A stretch of 64,000 nt of DNA from Candidatus Delongbacteria bacterium (GTDB taxonomy: Bacteria; CAIWAD01). Under the pieces are notes generated by a model. That model saw nothing but the letters and a program-made list of their open reading frames with translations, did not search any database and was not told where the DNA came from. Positions 11,039 through 20,054 of the stretch are shown in pieces. Every line of letters begins with the position of its first letter. Position 1 is the stretch's first letter. The stretch is from NCBI GenBank assembly GCA_963663545.1, contig OY760505.1, positions 1,632,001 through 1,696,000 on the forward strand. Direction: 5' to 3'. The translations under genes were made by a program, and so were the position numbers.

Positions 11039-11055
11039 GCCGCAAGATAAGGAAT

Positions 11056-11073
11056 GGGGCCCCAAAGGGCCCC
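11056..11073 (-). terminator. GC hairpin downstream of the small Zn-finger ORF
   Basis: GGGGCCC-CAAA-GGGCCCC; weak U-tract. Confidence 0.4.
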
Positions 11074-11079
11074 TGATGC

Positions 11080-11283
11080 TCAGAACATGTCGATGGGAGT
11101 GTTGACGTGCAAGTTACCCGTTGACTGGATGTTGTTTTCGAGGATCTGCGAGCCAATCCGGTTGGCTTCGCGGCATACCTTCACAAAACAGGTCCAGTGG
11201 TACTCGCCCTCCAATCCATGTTGCACGCTGTGGTACTTCGTGTCTTTGTCCTTGATCGGTTTTCCGCAATGCTTGCAGGTCAT
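11080..11283 (-). CDS. small zinc-finger protein (CxxC...HxxC)
   Basis: MTCKHCGKPI...YHWTCF; GAGG RBS upstream. Confidence 0.7.
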   Translation of the reverse strand: MTCKHCGKPIKDKDTKYHSVQHGLEGEYHWTCFVKVCREANRIGSQILENNIQSTGNLHVNTPIDMF

Positions 11284-11292
11284 GCAATTGCC

Positions 11293-11490
11293 TCAATCTT
11301 TTTCACGATCTGCTGTCAAGTCCGTCAGAGACGCCTTAAAGCGTTCTGCCATCCGGGGCAGAGAGTTGATTGCCCCTTCAGAATTTGGAGGCTGAACGAT
11401 ACTACCTCGCGCCCAATGACGCAAGTCCTCACGGTCGATATCCACCACTTTTTCTTTGCCGTTATCTAACATAAAATCAACGACATCCAC
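11293..11490 (-). CDS. hypothetical small protein
   Basis: 65-aa ORF ending 10 nt before the Zn-finger gene. Confidence 0.35.
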   Translation of the reverse strand: MDVVDFMLDNGKEKVVDIDREDLRHWARGSIVQPPNSEGAINSLPRMAERFKASLTDLTADREKD

Positions 11491-11538
11491 GATTCAACCC
11501 AAAATCGCTGCTTTAGAGCTTCAAGAAATTGTGCAATT

Positions 11539-11572
11539 ATTTGTTAGCAACAAGTGTTGCACGCTAACAAAT
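11539..11572. promoter_or_regulatory. palindromic operator-like site
   Basis: ATTTGTTAGC-N14-GCTAACAAAT with an inner GCAACA/TGTTGC inverted repeat. Confidence 0.55.
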
Positions 11573-11639
11573 GTGCTCCCCATCACTCCAATCCGGTGCT
11601 CCGGCGCAAGATTCTGGGGAGCTCTGGGTACTATTCTAT

Positions 11640-11753
11640 GCCTGCCATGCAACAGGGTTGCCGTGCACCTTGACATGGATTCCTCTGTCGTCCTCCGGGA
11701 TGACATTTGGGGGCAGGGGCCCGGGGGGAGAACCTGCCCCCTTTTTTGTTTTT
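11640..11753 (+). ncRNA. candidate sRNA 1
   Basis: TACTAT -10-like box near 11629; hairpin TGTCGTCC-TCCG-GGATGACA; intrinsic terminator GGGGGCAGG..CCTGCCCCC-TTTTTT; no convincing ORF. Confidence 0.45.
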
Positions 11754-12384
11754 GGCCGAGACTACCTGTGCGATTTTTCCTCCCGCAGAGGGAAACTCCG
11801 GCATTGTATCACATAAGCCGAAGGAATCGTAGGCTTCAGCCCATCAGCCACCAGCACCAGCAGCGATACCGAGCGAGTACTCGTGCGGCTGAGGAAGGGT
11901 CAAAGGGGCTGGACCGCGTGATGCTGCTCACCTCTTTCCCTTGGCATACAGCACAAATGAAGCCTTGCGCCTTCGTCACTTTGTCTCCCGTCGAAGGCGC
12001 ACGTGGTAAACAACGGTCGCGGCTTTTCCGTCACACGACCAGCGTTGGCCTTTCGCCTGAGGGATCCTTGACAGCGCGTGCTGACTGGGCCGAGGAAATG
12101 GAATGGCCGGCGAACTGTTCACGTGACTACGGCCCTGGGATCATGCCCGATTGGCTCCCATGTCCATCAGTTGGTGCGGATAGCTCTCGCGAGATATCCG
12201 GACGGGCTTCTCCCAATGGAGCCCGTGCGCGCTACTTTGACAGAAACGCAGACGCTGTCACGGCAAAGTGCCGTCGTCTGCTTTGAAATGGTCGCCGAAT
12301 CGAGTGCGCAACATCACACGAGGCACGCGACCAGGCGCACCTTCGGGGGCGCAGAAGAGTGTTTCTTTTCTATCGAAAGGTGAC

Positions 12385-12630
12385 ACGACCCCACCGGGTC
12401 GCTGGCGCCAGGGCCACCAGCCCCTTTGCGGACACCTGCCTGGTCCGCACGCCGAAATAGCGGTTTTCGTGCGTAAAGGGATGAGAGTACTGCTGGCCAA
12501 GGTCTACCTCGCGTGCGGGGTGCGGTCAGGGGTTGACCGTGAGACAGGGAGGAGATCCCGATCACTCACACGGAACGGAGTTCCGTAAAGGGAACGGTGC
12601 TGGGGGAGGCCGTTCCCTTTTCTTTTCTCT
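12385..12630 (+). ncRNA. candidate structured sRNA 2
   Basis: Series of hairpins (CGACCC/GGGTCG, CCCTTTGCG/CGTAAAGGG, CGGTCA/TGACCG, ACGGAAC/GTTCCGT) ending in terminator AAGGGAACGG..CCGTTCCCTT-TTCTTTT. Confidence 0.45.
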
Positions 12631-12831
12631 CCATCAACGCGCATCCGATGATCCACCAAGACGAGTTGCGCCTCATTCCCAGCTTGCCAGTCCGTAACAG
12701 AAATGCAACACTCGGGAAGGCGCATTTGCCCTGTATGCGTCCTCCCCCTGCAATCGGTGCTCCGCACCACTCCCCGCGACGAAGGACAGGGGAAGTGTCC
12801 TGCGCAAAGTGATTTGTTCCGAGGTATACCA

Positions 12832-15201
12832 ATGCGACAAGTGCTCCCGCTCCTCTTCGTCCTCGCCCTTGCGACCGGCGGCTTGGCTACTCTTAGGCCG
12901 CCAGCGCACCCGCTCTTCGACAGCGACACGGTTCACGTGATCCATCTGAGTTTCGACCAGCCCGACTGGTGGGAGCAGCTAACAGACAACTATGAAAGCT
13001 ACGAGGATCCCCCCTACCTGGCCGCCACCTTCGCGTGGGAAAGCAGCGTGCTGGATTCCATCGGCGTGCGCTTCAAAGGAAACAGCAGCTATTCGGCGGA
13101 AATGGGGCTGAAAAAGTCCTTCAAGCTCGACTTGAACGAGTTCATCAGCGGGCAGGAGCTCTTCGGCATGGACAAGCTGAATCTGAACAACTGCTTCCTG
13201 GACCCGAGCTATGTGCGAGAGAAATGCGCCTACGAAATAGCAGGCACCATGGGCGTGCCCACCATGCGCACGAACTACGCCGCTCTTTACATCAATGACG
13301 AATACTGGGGACTCTATCTGCTTGTGGAACAATACGACCAGGAATTCATCGAAAGCCGCTTCGGTTCAGGCGAAGAGGGCAATCTGTGGAAAGGTGAACC
13401 CCACGGCAGCATGGAATACCTGGGCGACACGGCGGACTTGTACTACGAAAGCTACGAGCTGAAGACCAATGAGGAGGAGAATGATTGGTCGGCGCTCGTG
13501 GATCTCGTGGATGCCATCAACAACACACCGACGACCAGTCTGCGTGATACATTGCATGAGCGCGTCGACATCAATTCGGCAATGGCCATGCTCGCCTTCG
13601 ACAATCTACTGGTCAACCTGGACAGTTACATCGGCCGCTGCGCCAACTACTATTTCTACCATCGCGATGTGGACAGTCGCATGGTCTTCAGCAAATGGGA
13701 TCTGAACGAGGCCTGGGGCGTCTTCAATATGAACATGAGCCTGATTCAACTCATGCACTTGCCCCACCACTACGCCAACACGCAACCGCGCCCGTTGGCA
13801 ACACAGTTGTGGCAGGTGGCCGGCTACGACAGCCTTTACATGGCGCACTTGCGGCGACTGATGGGAGGTGCTGCGCATCCCGACACCGTGCTGCCGCGCA
13901 TGGAAGAGTTGCGCGAACTCATTCGGCCCTGGGCCATCAGCGATCCCAACTCGCCCTTCGGTGCCGACGATTTTGAGGCCGCGCTCGATTCCGACGTCGT
14001 TACCGGCGATCCGGGACATCCGGGCCGCGTGATCCCCGGCCTGCGCAACTTCATCACTGTGCGGCACAACTGGCTTTCTACGCTGATCGGCACATGGACG
14101 CCGCCACAGGGTCTTGTGCTGAACGAGCTGATGGCAGGTAACGCATCAAGCTTTGCCGACGAGGCTGGCGAGTATGACGACTGGATCGAGATTCTCAACG
14201 CCAGCGATAGCCCGATTTCCCTCTCCGGCTTGGGCCTGACGGATCATCTGGAAGGCTTTGACGACTACCTCTTTCCCGACACCGTGCTGGCTGCCGGTGC
14301 ACGTCTGATTGTCTGGGCGGACGAGGATCCCGAACAGGGTGCGCTGCACGCGGACTTCAAGCTGGACGCCGATGGCGAAGAGGTGTATCTGGTGCAGGGC
14401 GCTGCGCTCGTCGACTACGCCTGTTTCCACTCGCTTGGCGACAATGTCGCCTGGGGACGCTGGCCCGACGGGGGTGGTGAGTGGCAGCAAATGACACAGG
14501 CCACGCCTGGTGCGGAGAACGACAGCAGTAGCGCACCGGCGAGCACCATTCTCTTCCTCAACGAATTCCTGGCCTCCAACAACAACGGACTCACCGACGA
14601 GACCGGCACCGCTGAGGACTGGGCGGAGATCTTCAATCCCGGTCCGGCTGCGGTACAGATGGGCGGCCTGTACCTGACGGACGATAACGATGAACCCACC
14701 CAGTGGATGTTTCCAGACACGCTGCTGGCCGCTGGCGGCTTTCTGCTGGTCTGGTGCGACGACGACACGGGCGACGGTCCGCTGCACACGACCTTCAAGC
14801 TGAGTGCCGATGGCGAGGCGATTGCCCTTTTCGGCCGACTTGAATCGGGCAATGAGCTCATTGATGGTCGCAGCTTTGGTCCTCAGCAGACTGATGTTTC
14901 GGAAGGTCGGCGTCTGGATGGCCTGGACGAATGGGTCAGCTTCGCAGAGCCCACGCCGGGAGCCAGCAACGGCGGCCTGCTGGTTGAGGATCTGTGTATT
15001 CAGGTGGAGAGCGCTGTAATACAACTCAGCTGGAACGAGTCGGCGTCCGGCTGCAGCTATCGTGTATACTGCAGCGATTCACCCTACGCCGCTTTTCCGC
15101 AAGGCTGGATACTGTGCGCCGACGGCCTAAGCGAGACAAGCTGGCAGACAACGGCAGTGGCAGACCTGCGCGTCTACGTTGTAACCGCGCTTCTACCCTG
15201 A
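12832..15201 (+). CDS. secreted CotH kinase-family protein with two lamin-tail (LTD) domains
   Basis: Signal peptide after GAGG RBS; GVRFKGNSS, KKSFK, YVRE, NLDSY, WDLNEAWG; two LNE..A.N...DE.G..EDW.EI.N repeats. Confidence 0.88.
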   Translation: MRQVLPLLFVLALATGGLATLRPPAHPLFDSDTVHVIHLSFDQPDWWEQLTDNYESYEDPPYLAATFAWESSVLDSIGVRFKGNSSYSAEMGLKKSFKLDLNEFISGQELFGMDKLNLNNCFLDPSYVREKCAYEIAGTMGVPTMRTNYAALYINDEYWGLYLLVEQYDQEFIESRFGSGEEGNLWKGEPHGSMEYLGDTADLYYESYELKTNEEENDWSALVDLVDAINNTPTTSLRDTLHERVDINSAMAMLAFDNLLVNLDSYIGRCANYYFYHRDVDSRMVFSKWDLNEAWGVFNMNMSLIQLMHLPHHYANTQPRPLATQLWQVAGYDSLYMAHLRRLMGGAAHPDTVLPRMEELRELIRPWAISDPNSPFGADDFEAALDSDVVTGDPGHPGRVIPGLRNFITVRHNWLSTLIGTWTPPQGLVLNELMAGNASSFADEAGEYDDWIEILNASDSPISLSGLGLTDHLEGFDDYLFPDTVLAAGARLIVWADEDPEQGALHADFKLDADGEEVYLVQGAALVDYACFHSLGDNVAWGRWPDGGGEWQQMTQATPGAENDSSSAPASTILFLNEFLASNNNGLTDETGTAEDWAEIFNPGPAAVQMGGLYLTDDNDEPTQWMFPDTLLAAGGFLLVWCDDDTGDGPLHTTFKLSADGEAIALFGRLESGNELIDGRSFGPQQTDVSEGRRLDGLDEWVSFAEPTPGASNGGLLVEDLCIQVESAVIQLSWNESASGCSYRVYCSDSPYAAFPQGWILCADGLSETSWQTTAVADLRVYVVTALLP

Positions 15202-15428
15202 CGGAGGCCAGCGAGAGCGCCACGAAGGAGCACGCGCTCACCAAAGGAAGTCCTGGCGGTTTGGATATCACGCCAGCAACGGTCGCCCCGACGAGTGGGT
15301 GGCCTTTCTTCTGCGGACTCGCTCGCTCGTAATGGAAGGTCGGCTGTGATACAAAGGGAACAACTGGCTAGTGCATCTGTGTCACGGAGTGTGCGTGTGA
15401 GCTTCAGCTTGCTATATTGTGCGCCATC

Positions 15429-15502
15429 GGGCCCATAGCTCAGTTGGTTAGAGCAGGTGACTCATAATCACTTTGTCGGGGGTTCAAGTCCCTCTGGGCC
15501 TA
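15429..15502 (+). tRNA. tRNA-Ile2 (anticodon CAT, lysidine type); integration target; CCA not encoded
   Basis: GGGCCCA acceptor stem, TAGCTCAGTTGGTTAGAGC D-arm, GGTGA-CTCATAA-TCACT anticodon arm, GGTTCAAGTCC T-arm, A discriminator; resembles E. coli ileX. Confidence 0.9.
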
Positions 15503-15511
15503 TTTGTTTTC
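15457..15511 (+). repeat. attL core (55-bp direct repeat with 57835-57889)
   Basis: GTGACTCATA[A/G]TCACTTTGTCGGGGGTTCAAGTCCCTCTGGGCCTATTTGTTTTC; one mismatch between copies. Confidence 0.95.
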
Positions 15512-15713
15512 ACAGCACTTACCTAAGAATCAGCGCTCAAACTTTGGTGCATTTGATTGCATTTTGTGCCTGATTCGCTCAATTTTGTGTCCGATACGTG
15601 CCCAAATATGACGCCCCGCCGATGCCACTGACGGGGCGCCTGATGAGTTGCACGGTGACAGAACTGACTGCCACCGGAGACAGGATAGGCGGGGGGTGAG
15701 ACATCATCCGCCA

Positions 15714-15740
15714 GAAACAGAAAACCCCGCCGAAGCGGGG
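15714..15740 (-). terminator. intrinsic terminator of the late/lysis operon
   Basis: Minus strand CCCCGC-TTCG-GCGGGG-TTTTCTGTTTC. Confidence 0.8.
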
Positions 15741-15764
15741 CTCATGTTCAGGCTGAGGTGAACA

Positions 15765-15908
15765 CTACTCGTCACTCACCTTTGTGTTGCCCTGGTCGAC
15801 CTGGTCGTTGTCCTGGCGGACCTTGCCCTGGGTGCTTTCGGTCTGCACCTGGACATTCACTTCGGGATTGACGTTGACGATCACCTGCGGGACTTCATTG
15901 CGTTCCAT
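15765..15908 (-). CDS. 47-aa hypothetical peptide (not in ORF track)
   Basis: Strong AAGGAGG RBS; MERNEVPQVIVNVNPEVNVQVQTESTQGKVRQDNDQVDQGNTKVSDE; lies between endolysin and terminator. Confidence 0.6.
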   Translation of the reverse strand: MERNEVPQVIVNVNPEVNVQVQTESTQGKVRQDNDQVDQGNTKVSDE

Positions 15909-15922
15909 GCTTCCTCCTTTGG

Positions 15923-16348
15923 TTATGGTAGACGTAGAATGGCGAAGGGTGCGCCCCTGTAGCGAATAGGCCGGATGCGCACGAAGGCGTTCTCGGCGAT
16001 GGCCTCCTCCAGTGTGTCTGTACCCTGGCTTCCGCCACCGGCCTCGATGACAAAGCCCGGCGTGTGCAGCATGGCCACGTGGTAGACGCGACCTTCCTCG
16101 GCCCAGAAGACCAGGTCGCCGGGCACGGCCTCAGAAAGACTGACCGTGTTCTTTGCTTGGTGAAAGCGACTGAAGAGCCCGGCAGACGACAGCCGCTCGC
16201 GGGTTTTCAGGTGGCCACTGGCGCGCAGGGCTTCGCAGATGAAGCCGCTGCAGTCGGCGCCAGCGGGATCATCACCGCCCCAGTGATAGGGCGTGCCCAG
16301 CATGGACTCGGCGACCAAAAGGGCGATACGTGCGTGGGTGCGGTCCAT
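15923..16348 (-). CDS. NlpC/P60 (C40) peptidase, probable endolysin
   Basis: LGTPYHWGG...DCSGF...PGDLVFW...HVAM; start at MDRTH, coupled to upstream stop. Confidence 0.85.
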   Translation of the reverse strand: MDRTHARIALLVAESMLGTPYHWGGDDPAGADCSGFICEALRASGHLKTRERLSSAGLFSRFHQAKNTVSLSEAVPGDLVFWAEEGRVYHVAMLHTPGFVIEAGGGSQGTDTLEEAIAENAFVRIRPIRYRGAPFAILRLP

Positions 16349-16920
16349 CAGGCTGCCTCCCTTGTTTCGACGTGCCGACGGGCGTCCCGGAAGAGCTCGT
16401 CGGGGTCCGTGTTGTGGGCTTCCAGGCGCATGGCCCACTCAACCTTGGCCATCTGGAGGACCAGCACAGCCAGCTCGCTGCAGAACACACGATCTGCGCC
16501 CGGCTTGTTCCGGTTGATGGCCACGCGCGGCATTTTGCGCCAGTCCTCGTAGGGTGTGCCCTCGAAGTGGGTCAGCGCGGCCTTGATGGCCCAGCGCTCG
16601 CCGACAAGATCCAGCGGTAGAATGCGAACCTGGTGAGGCTCGTACTGCATCAGCACGCGGTCCAGGTGACGGCGTGACACACCGCCACGGGAAAGCGTGG
16701 AATCCACCAGCCAGCGGTAGCCAGCGTCGTGATCCACCAGGCCGACGTGGAAGGGAATGAAGAAGCGCTTGTCCTCGGGCAGCACATGATTGGCCGCCCG
16801 GCGCCAGAAGGCTGTTGACCAGGCAATGCCCTCCTCGAACAGGCCGGGCGCGTTGCCGAAGAAGACCAGGTCGCCGGTCTTCGAGGTATCCATGAGTGCG
16901 AGAGCTTGATCGCGTGTCAC
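16348..16920 (-). CDS. permuted papain-like amidase (YiiX/YaeF-type NlpC/P60)
   Basis: KTGDLVFF...HVGLV...GTPYE...FCSELA, with His before the catalytic Cys. Confidence 0.75.
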   Translation of the reverse strand: MTRDQALALMDTSKTGDLVFFGNAPGLFEEGIAWSTAFWRRAANHVLPEDKRFFIPFHVGLVDHDAGYRWLVDSTLSRGGVSRRHLDRVLMQYEPHQVRILPLDLVGERWAIKAALTHFEGTPYEDWRKMPRVAINRNKPGADRVFCSELAVLVLQMAKVEWAMRLEAHNTDPDELFRDARRHVETREAA

Positions 16921-16921
16921 G

Positions 16922-17254
16922 TCAGCTCCTCCGATTCTTCAAGACCGCCAGCAGTTCATGTAGGACGGCCGTGTTGTTCTCAATGCTTGTCTGTAGCCCT
17001 GTCATGATGCGCGCGTGCTCTTCGCTTCGGGCTTCGGCCAGAAGGATAGCCTTGTCAATGGCGCGTACCAGGTCGCGGGTTTCGGTCGCGATCGCGCGTG
17101 TTTCACGCGTCGCCTGGTAGTGGGCGGTTTCCTTGTCGCTGCCCTCAGTTGCCAGCTTGGGTGTCCAGAAGATCCGGCGCAGAAGCAGCACGCCTTCACC
17201 CAGGAGAACCAGGCTAACAACGACGTAGAGCAGGATGCTGGGGTCCGGTGTCAC
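16922..17254 (-). CDS. single-TM membrane protein, putative holin
   Basis: One N-terminal TM segment plus coiled-coil-like tail; directly upstream of the two amidases. Confidence 0.5.
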   Translation of the reverse strand: MTPDPSILLYVVVSLVLLGEGVLLLRRIFWTPKLATEGSDKETAHYQATRETRAIATETRDLVRAIDKAILLAEARSEEHARIMTGLQTSIENNTAVLHELLAVLKNRRS

Positions 17255-17262
17255 ACAGCCTC

Positions 17263-19329
17263 CTAGTTCTCGATCTCGACTTGAAGGACGGCCTTCACGG
17301 CAGCCGAGTCAGCGTAAGCGTCAAACCAGCGGCTGGCCGTGATCTGGTCGGCCCAGGTACGGACGTGCCACGGCAGTGTGATGCCAGAAAGCCCAAGCGA
17401 GCGGCAGTTGGCCAGCGCCTTCATGGGCGTCTCCCAGCCCTTGCGGTAGCGGCTGATGACCGGGTCCGCCTGAGCGCTTGTCTGCGGACCCATCGGATAG
17501 AAAGCGCCCGAAGGCTGTGAAGGCAGAATGCCTGGCATGGCAAGGCCGCCATGCATCACCTGCCAGTCTGTGCGCGAGAAGCAGGTCCTCGCTGAGAGTT
17601 CAAGGCTTCCTTCGTCCACATGGTCGTAGGCAAGGGCAAAGCAGTTGCTAGCCTCGCCGTAGCCCTGGGCGTCTCCAGAGGACGAATAGAACAAGTAGTC
17701 GACCGGATCGCCCGCCACAATGTTGTTGGCATAGACAATGCCCGTAGACTCAACACCGCCCCAAGCCCCGTCATCGAACACATAAGCGGTAGCGGCTCCC
17801 CGGTTGTGGATCTCAAGGAGGTTGTTGTACAGCGTGTTGTTTACTCCCGCAAGCATGACAGCACGGCAATTGGAGCCCTCTGCGTAATGCAGGCGCAACG
17901 TGTTGTTGTAGAAGGGGATCGACTGTCCCTTCAGCACAGCGCCCCACTGCACATGCCCATCAGTGCGCGCGTACTCCTCGAATGTGTTGTCGTGATACGC
18001 GTTGTGATACGCGCCCAGGGTATCGTCTACCCAGGCGTAGTAATAGGTAGCGCCCCCATAGGTACCACGCGTGTCGTCGTCCCCGTCTAGAATGAGGTGG
18101 TGTGCGGGTGTGCGAATGGTATTGTGGTGCACCTCTGACCACTTAGCGAGGAAGTGCAGTGCGTGATCGATAGCCATGTCTGCGGGATCGTGCAGAATCT
18201 CGTTGTAGGCAACCTCCCAGCCTGCGCCCACGTTCTTTGTGGAGTCATTGCCGGACACCGCCCAGATGCCGCCTGCCTCAATCCGATTGTGCGTAATCTG
18301 TACATCGTCGTAGTAGTTGCAGACATAGAGCGCACTCATGCTGGCAGTACCCGACTTAAACTCGCGTGATACAGTGCACTCTGTGATGTAAGCCCCAGCG
18401 AGCGTGCTGTCTTTTGTGAGCACACTCGGGCGGAGGTAGATGCCAGACAATGTACTCTCGCCCCTCTTCGTGGGGTAGATGCGCACATCAGACAGACCGA
18501 ACCACTTCACGCCGGTACCATACACAGCCGTAGTACTGACGCTGTTGTAGTCGCGGAACTCTACATCCTCCATCCATAGACTATCCACAGAGTTGCCCTC
18601 GTAGCTGGAGCCCGCGATCAGCCTCCCGCCACTTATCAGGACATGACGCAAGGTGAGGCTACGCATTTTGCCCGAGAACTCGAGGGAACCCCCCAGTACG
18701 CGCGTGTTCTCGATCAGGTGCGCTACATGAGGAGTTCCGGCATTGGTCGCTAAAAATCCGCAGTTGATCAGAGTGCAGTCTTTCAGCGTGAGAGCAACAT
18801 CTGCGGCCATGTAAGCGGCATAGATCAGGCTGGGGTTCGTTGATGTGAACGTGCAGTTTGTAAAGGTGCCGTGCCAGGAGCCATAGAAGCGGAGCATGGC
18901 CGTACTACTGGCTGTGACACCCCAGCGTGGCGAGCGAAACTCGCAATCCGTGAACAGCCAGTCCGTCGCGTTGTAGATCCAAGCCGACATCTCCAGCGTG
19001 CAGTTGTCCCAGACCCAACTGTCATTATCCACAAAGGTGAGCTTGTCGACCGTCGTTAAGTAGACGATGGGGTTTCCGTTACCCCGGATCACAACATTGT
19101 CAATATCACTGCACGTCACATCCGTTGTATCGGACTGGAACACCGGTCCGATCTGTATCACCTCATCGCCCGTGGCCAGAAGTGTATCCAGCAGATGTGT
19201 CACACGCGTAGTCCAGACCTCCTGGTGATAGCCGGTCGTATCGGCCTCACCAAACAGGATGACCTTGGCAGTGGATAGCTGCACAGCCAGGAGGATGCAC
19301 AGCAACAGGATCACGGTCTTCGTCTTCAT
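17263..19329 (-). CDS. right-handed beta-helix protein with signal peptide (tailspike/depolymerase-like)
   Basis: MKTKTVILLLCILLAVQLSTA signal; repeated .TDC.F, .TNCTF, HNTI, YNNTL, YANNI strands. Confidence 0.65.
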   Translation of the reverse strand: MKTKTVILLLCILLAVQLSTAKVILFGEADTTGYHQEVWTTRVTHLLDTLLATGDEVIQIGPVFQSDTTDVTCSDIDNVVIRGNGNPIVYLTTVDKLTFVDNDSWVWDNCTLEMSAWIYNATDWLFTDCEFRSPRWGVTASSTAMLRFYGSWHGTFTNCTFTSTNPSLIYAAYMAADVALTLKDCTLINCGFLATNAGTPHVAHLIENTRVLGGSLEFSGKMRSLTLRHVLISGGRLIAGSSYEGNSVDSLWMEDVEFRDYNSVSTTAVYGTGVKWFGLSDVRIYPTKRGESTLSGIYLRPSVLTKDSTLAGAYITECTVSREFKSGTASMSALYVCNYYDDVQITHNRIEAGGIWAVSGNDSTKNVGAGWEVAYNEILHDPADMAIDHALHFLAKWSEVHHNTIRTPAHHLILDGDDDTRGTYGGATYYYAWVDDTLGAYHNAYHDNTFEEYARTDGHVQWGAVLKGQSIPFYNNTLRLHYAEGSNCRAVMLAGVNNTLYNNLLEIHNRGAATAYVFDDGAWGGVESTGIVYANNIVAGDPVDYLFYSSSGDAQGYGEASNCFALAYDHVDEGSLELSARTCFSRTDWQVMHGGLAMPGILPSQPSGAFYPMGPQTSAQADPVISRYRKGWETPMKALANCRSLGLSGITLPWHVRTWADQITASRWFDAYADSAAVKAVLQVEIEN

Positions 19330-19346
19330 GGTTCACATCCTCCTTG

Positions 19347-20045
19347 TTAGCTGGGGGTTCCGCCCCAGGAATTGCCACAGACTTCTACCCAGCTGTAGCC
19401 CAGCTCCGTGCGCAGGCAGACGTAGAGCGTGCAGGCCTCGGAATTGAGGCGCACGAGCATGCGGCGGTAGTAGGAAGCGCTAGCCGTGGGCAGTGTTGAG
19501 ACCTCGGGCAGAATGGGATAGCCGTTTGCATCGACGGGCAGGTAGCTGCCAGCGTGCGTGTGGTTGCCAGCGGCGACAGTGCCGGACCCGGTGCCGACAT
19601 CCAGCGCGGCAGCACCGCCCAGCTCAAGCAGCGTGCTCAGGTAGCTCACATCCGAAAAGACGAAGTAGCCCTGGGCGTTCATGTAACACAGGCTGGCGCT
19701 TTCGCGGTCGTGGCCCCAGTTGTACCAGGCTTCGAAGAGGTCGCCAGCCAGGTCCGTACCCCCCGGGTTCACGTGCGCCTGGTTCTCCAGCTCAGGCAAA
19801 AGGACTCCCTCGACGTAGACATCGTAGCTGCCTGTGGCCAGGCTGCCGCTGGTGACATACGCACCGTAACTGCCGGTGGTGGTGTAGTTGCCATCGCCCA
19901 GATCTGCGACAGTGACCGTGCCGCCTGTATCACTTGCGCGCGTACTGGCCACGATCGTGGAAGCACCCGTCTGCTTTAGCTGCACGAGCTTGCCCGGTAA
20001 GGGGTTACCGGAATTGTCCTGCAGGAACACACTGAACTTGGACAC
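19347..20045 (-). CDS. tail fibre protein
   Basis: LGGAAALDVGTGSGTVAAGNHTH tail-fibre motif; N-terminal Ig/prealbumin-like segment. Confidence 0.65.
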   Translation of the reverse strand: MSKFSVFLQDNSGNPLPGKLVQLKQTGASTIVASTRASDTGGTVTVADLGDGNYTTTGSYGAYVTSGSLATGSYDVYVEGVLLPELENQAHVNPGGTDLAGDLFEAWYNWGHDRESASLCYMNAQGYFVFSDVSYLSTLLELGGAAALDVGTGSGTVAAGNHTHAGSYLPVDANGYPILPEVSTLPTASASYYRRMLVRLNSEACTLYVCLRTELGYSWVEVCGNSWGGTPS

Positions 20046-20054
20046 AAAGGCCTC

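Noticed and set aside
11456..12286. 276-aa plus-strand ORF
   Set aside because: No recognisable domain, atypical composition, and it runs through a strong terminator at about 11710-11750
12340..12630. tmRNA, RNase P RNA or SRP RNA
   Set aside because: GGGGGCG is not followed by the TTCGAC motif, and I see no GAGGAAAGTCC or SRP helix-8 signature
15429..15502. tRNA-Met assignment for the CAT anticodon
   Set aside because: Lacks initiator features (C1 mismatch, three G-C pairs in the anticodon stem) and resembles ileX-type tRNA-Ile2; elongator Met is not fully excluded
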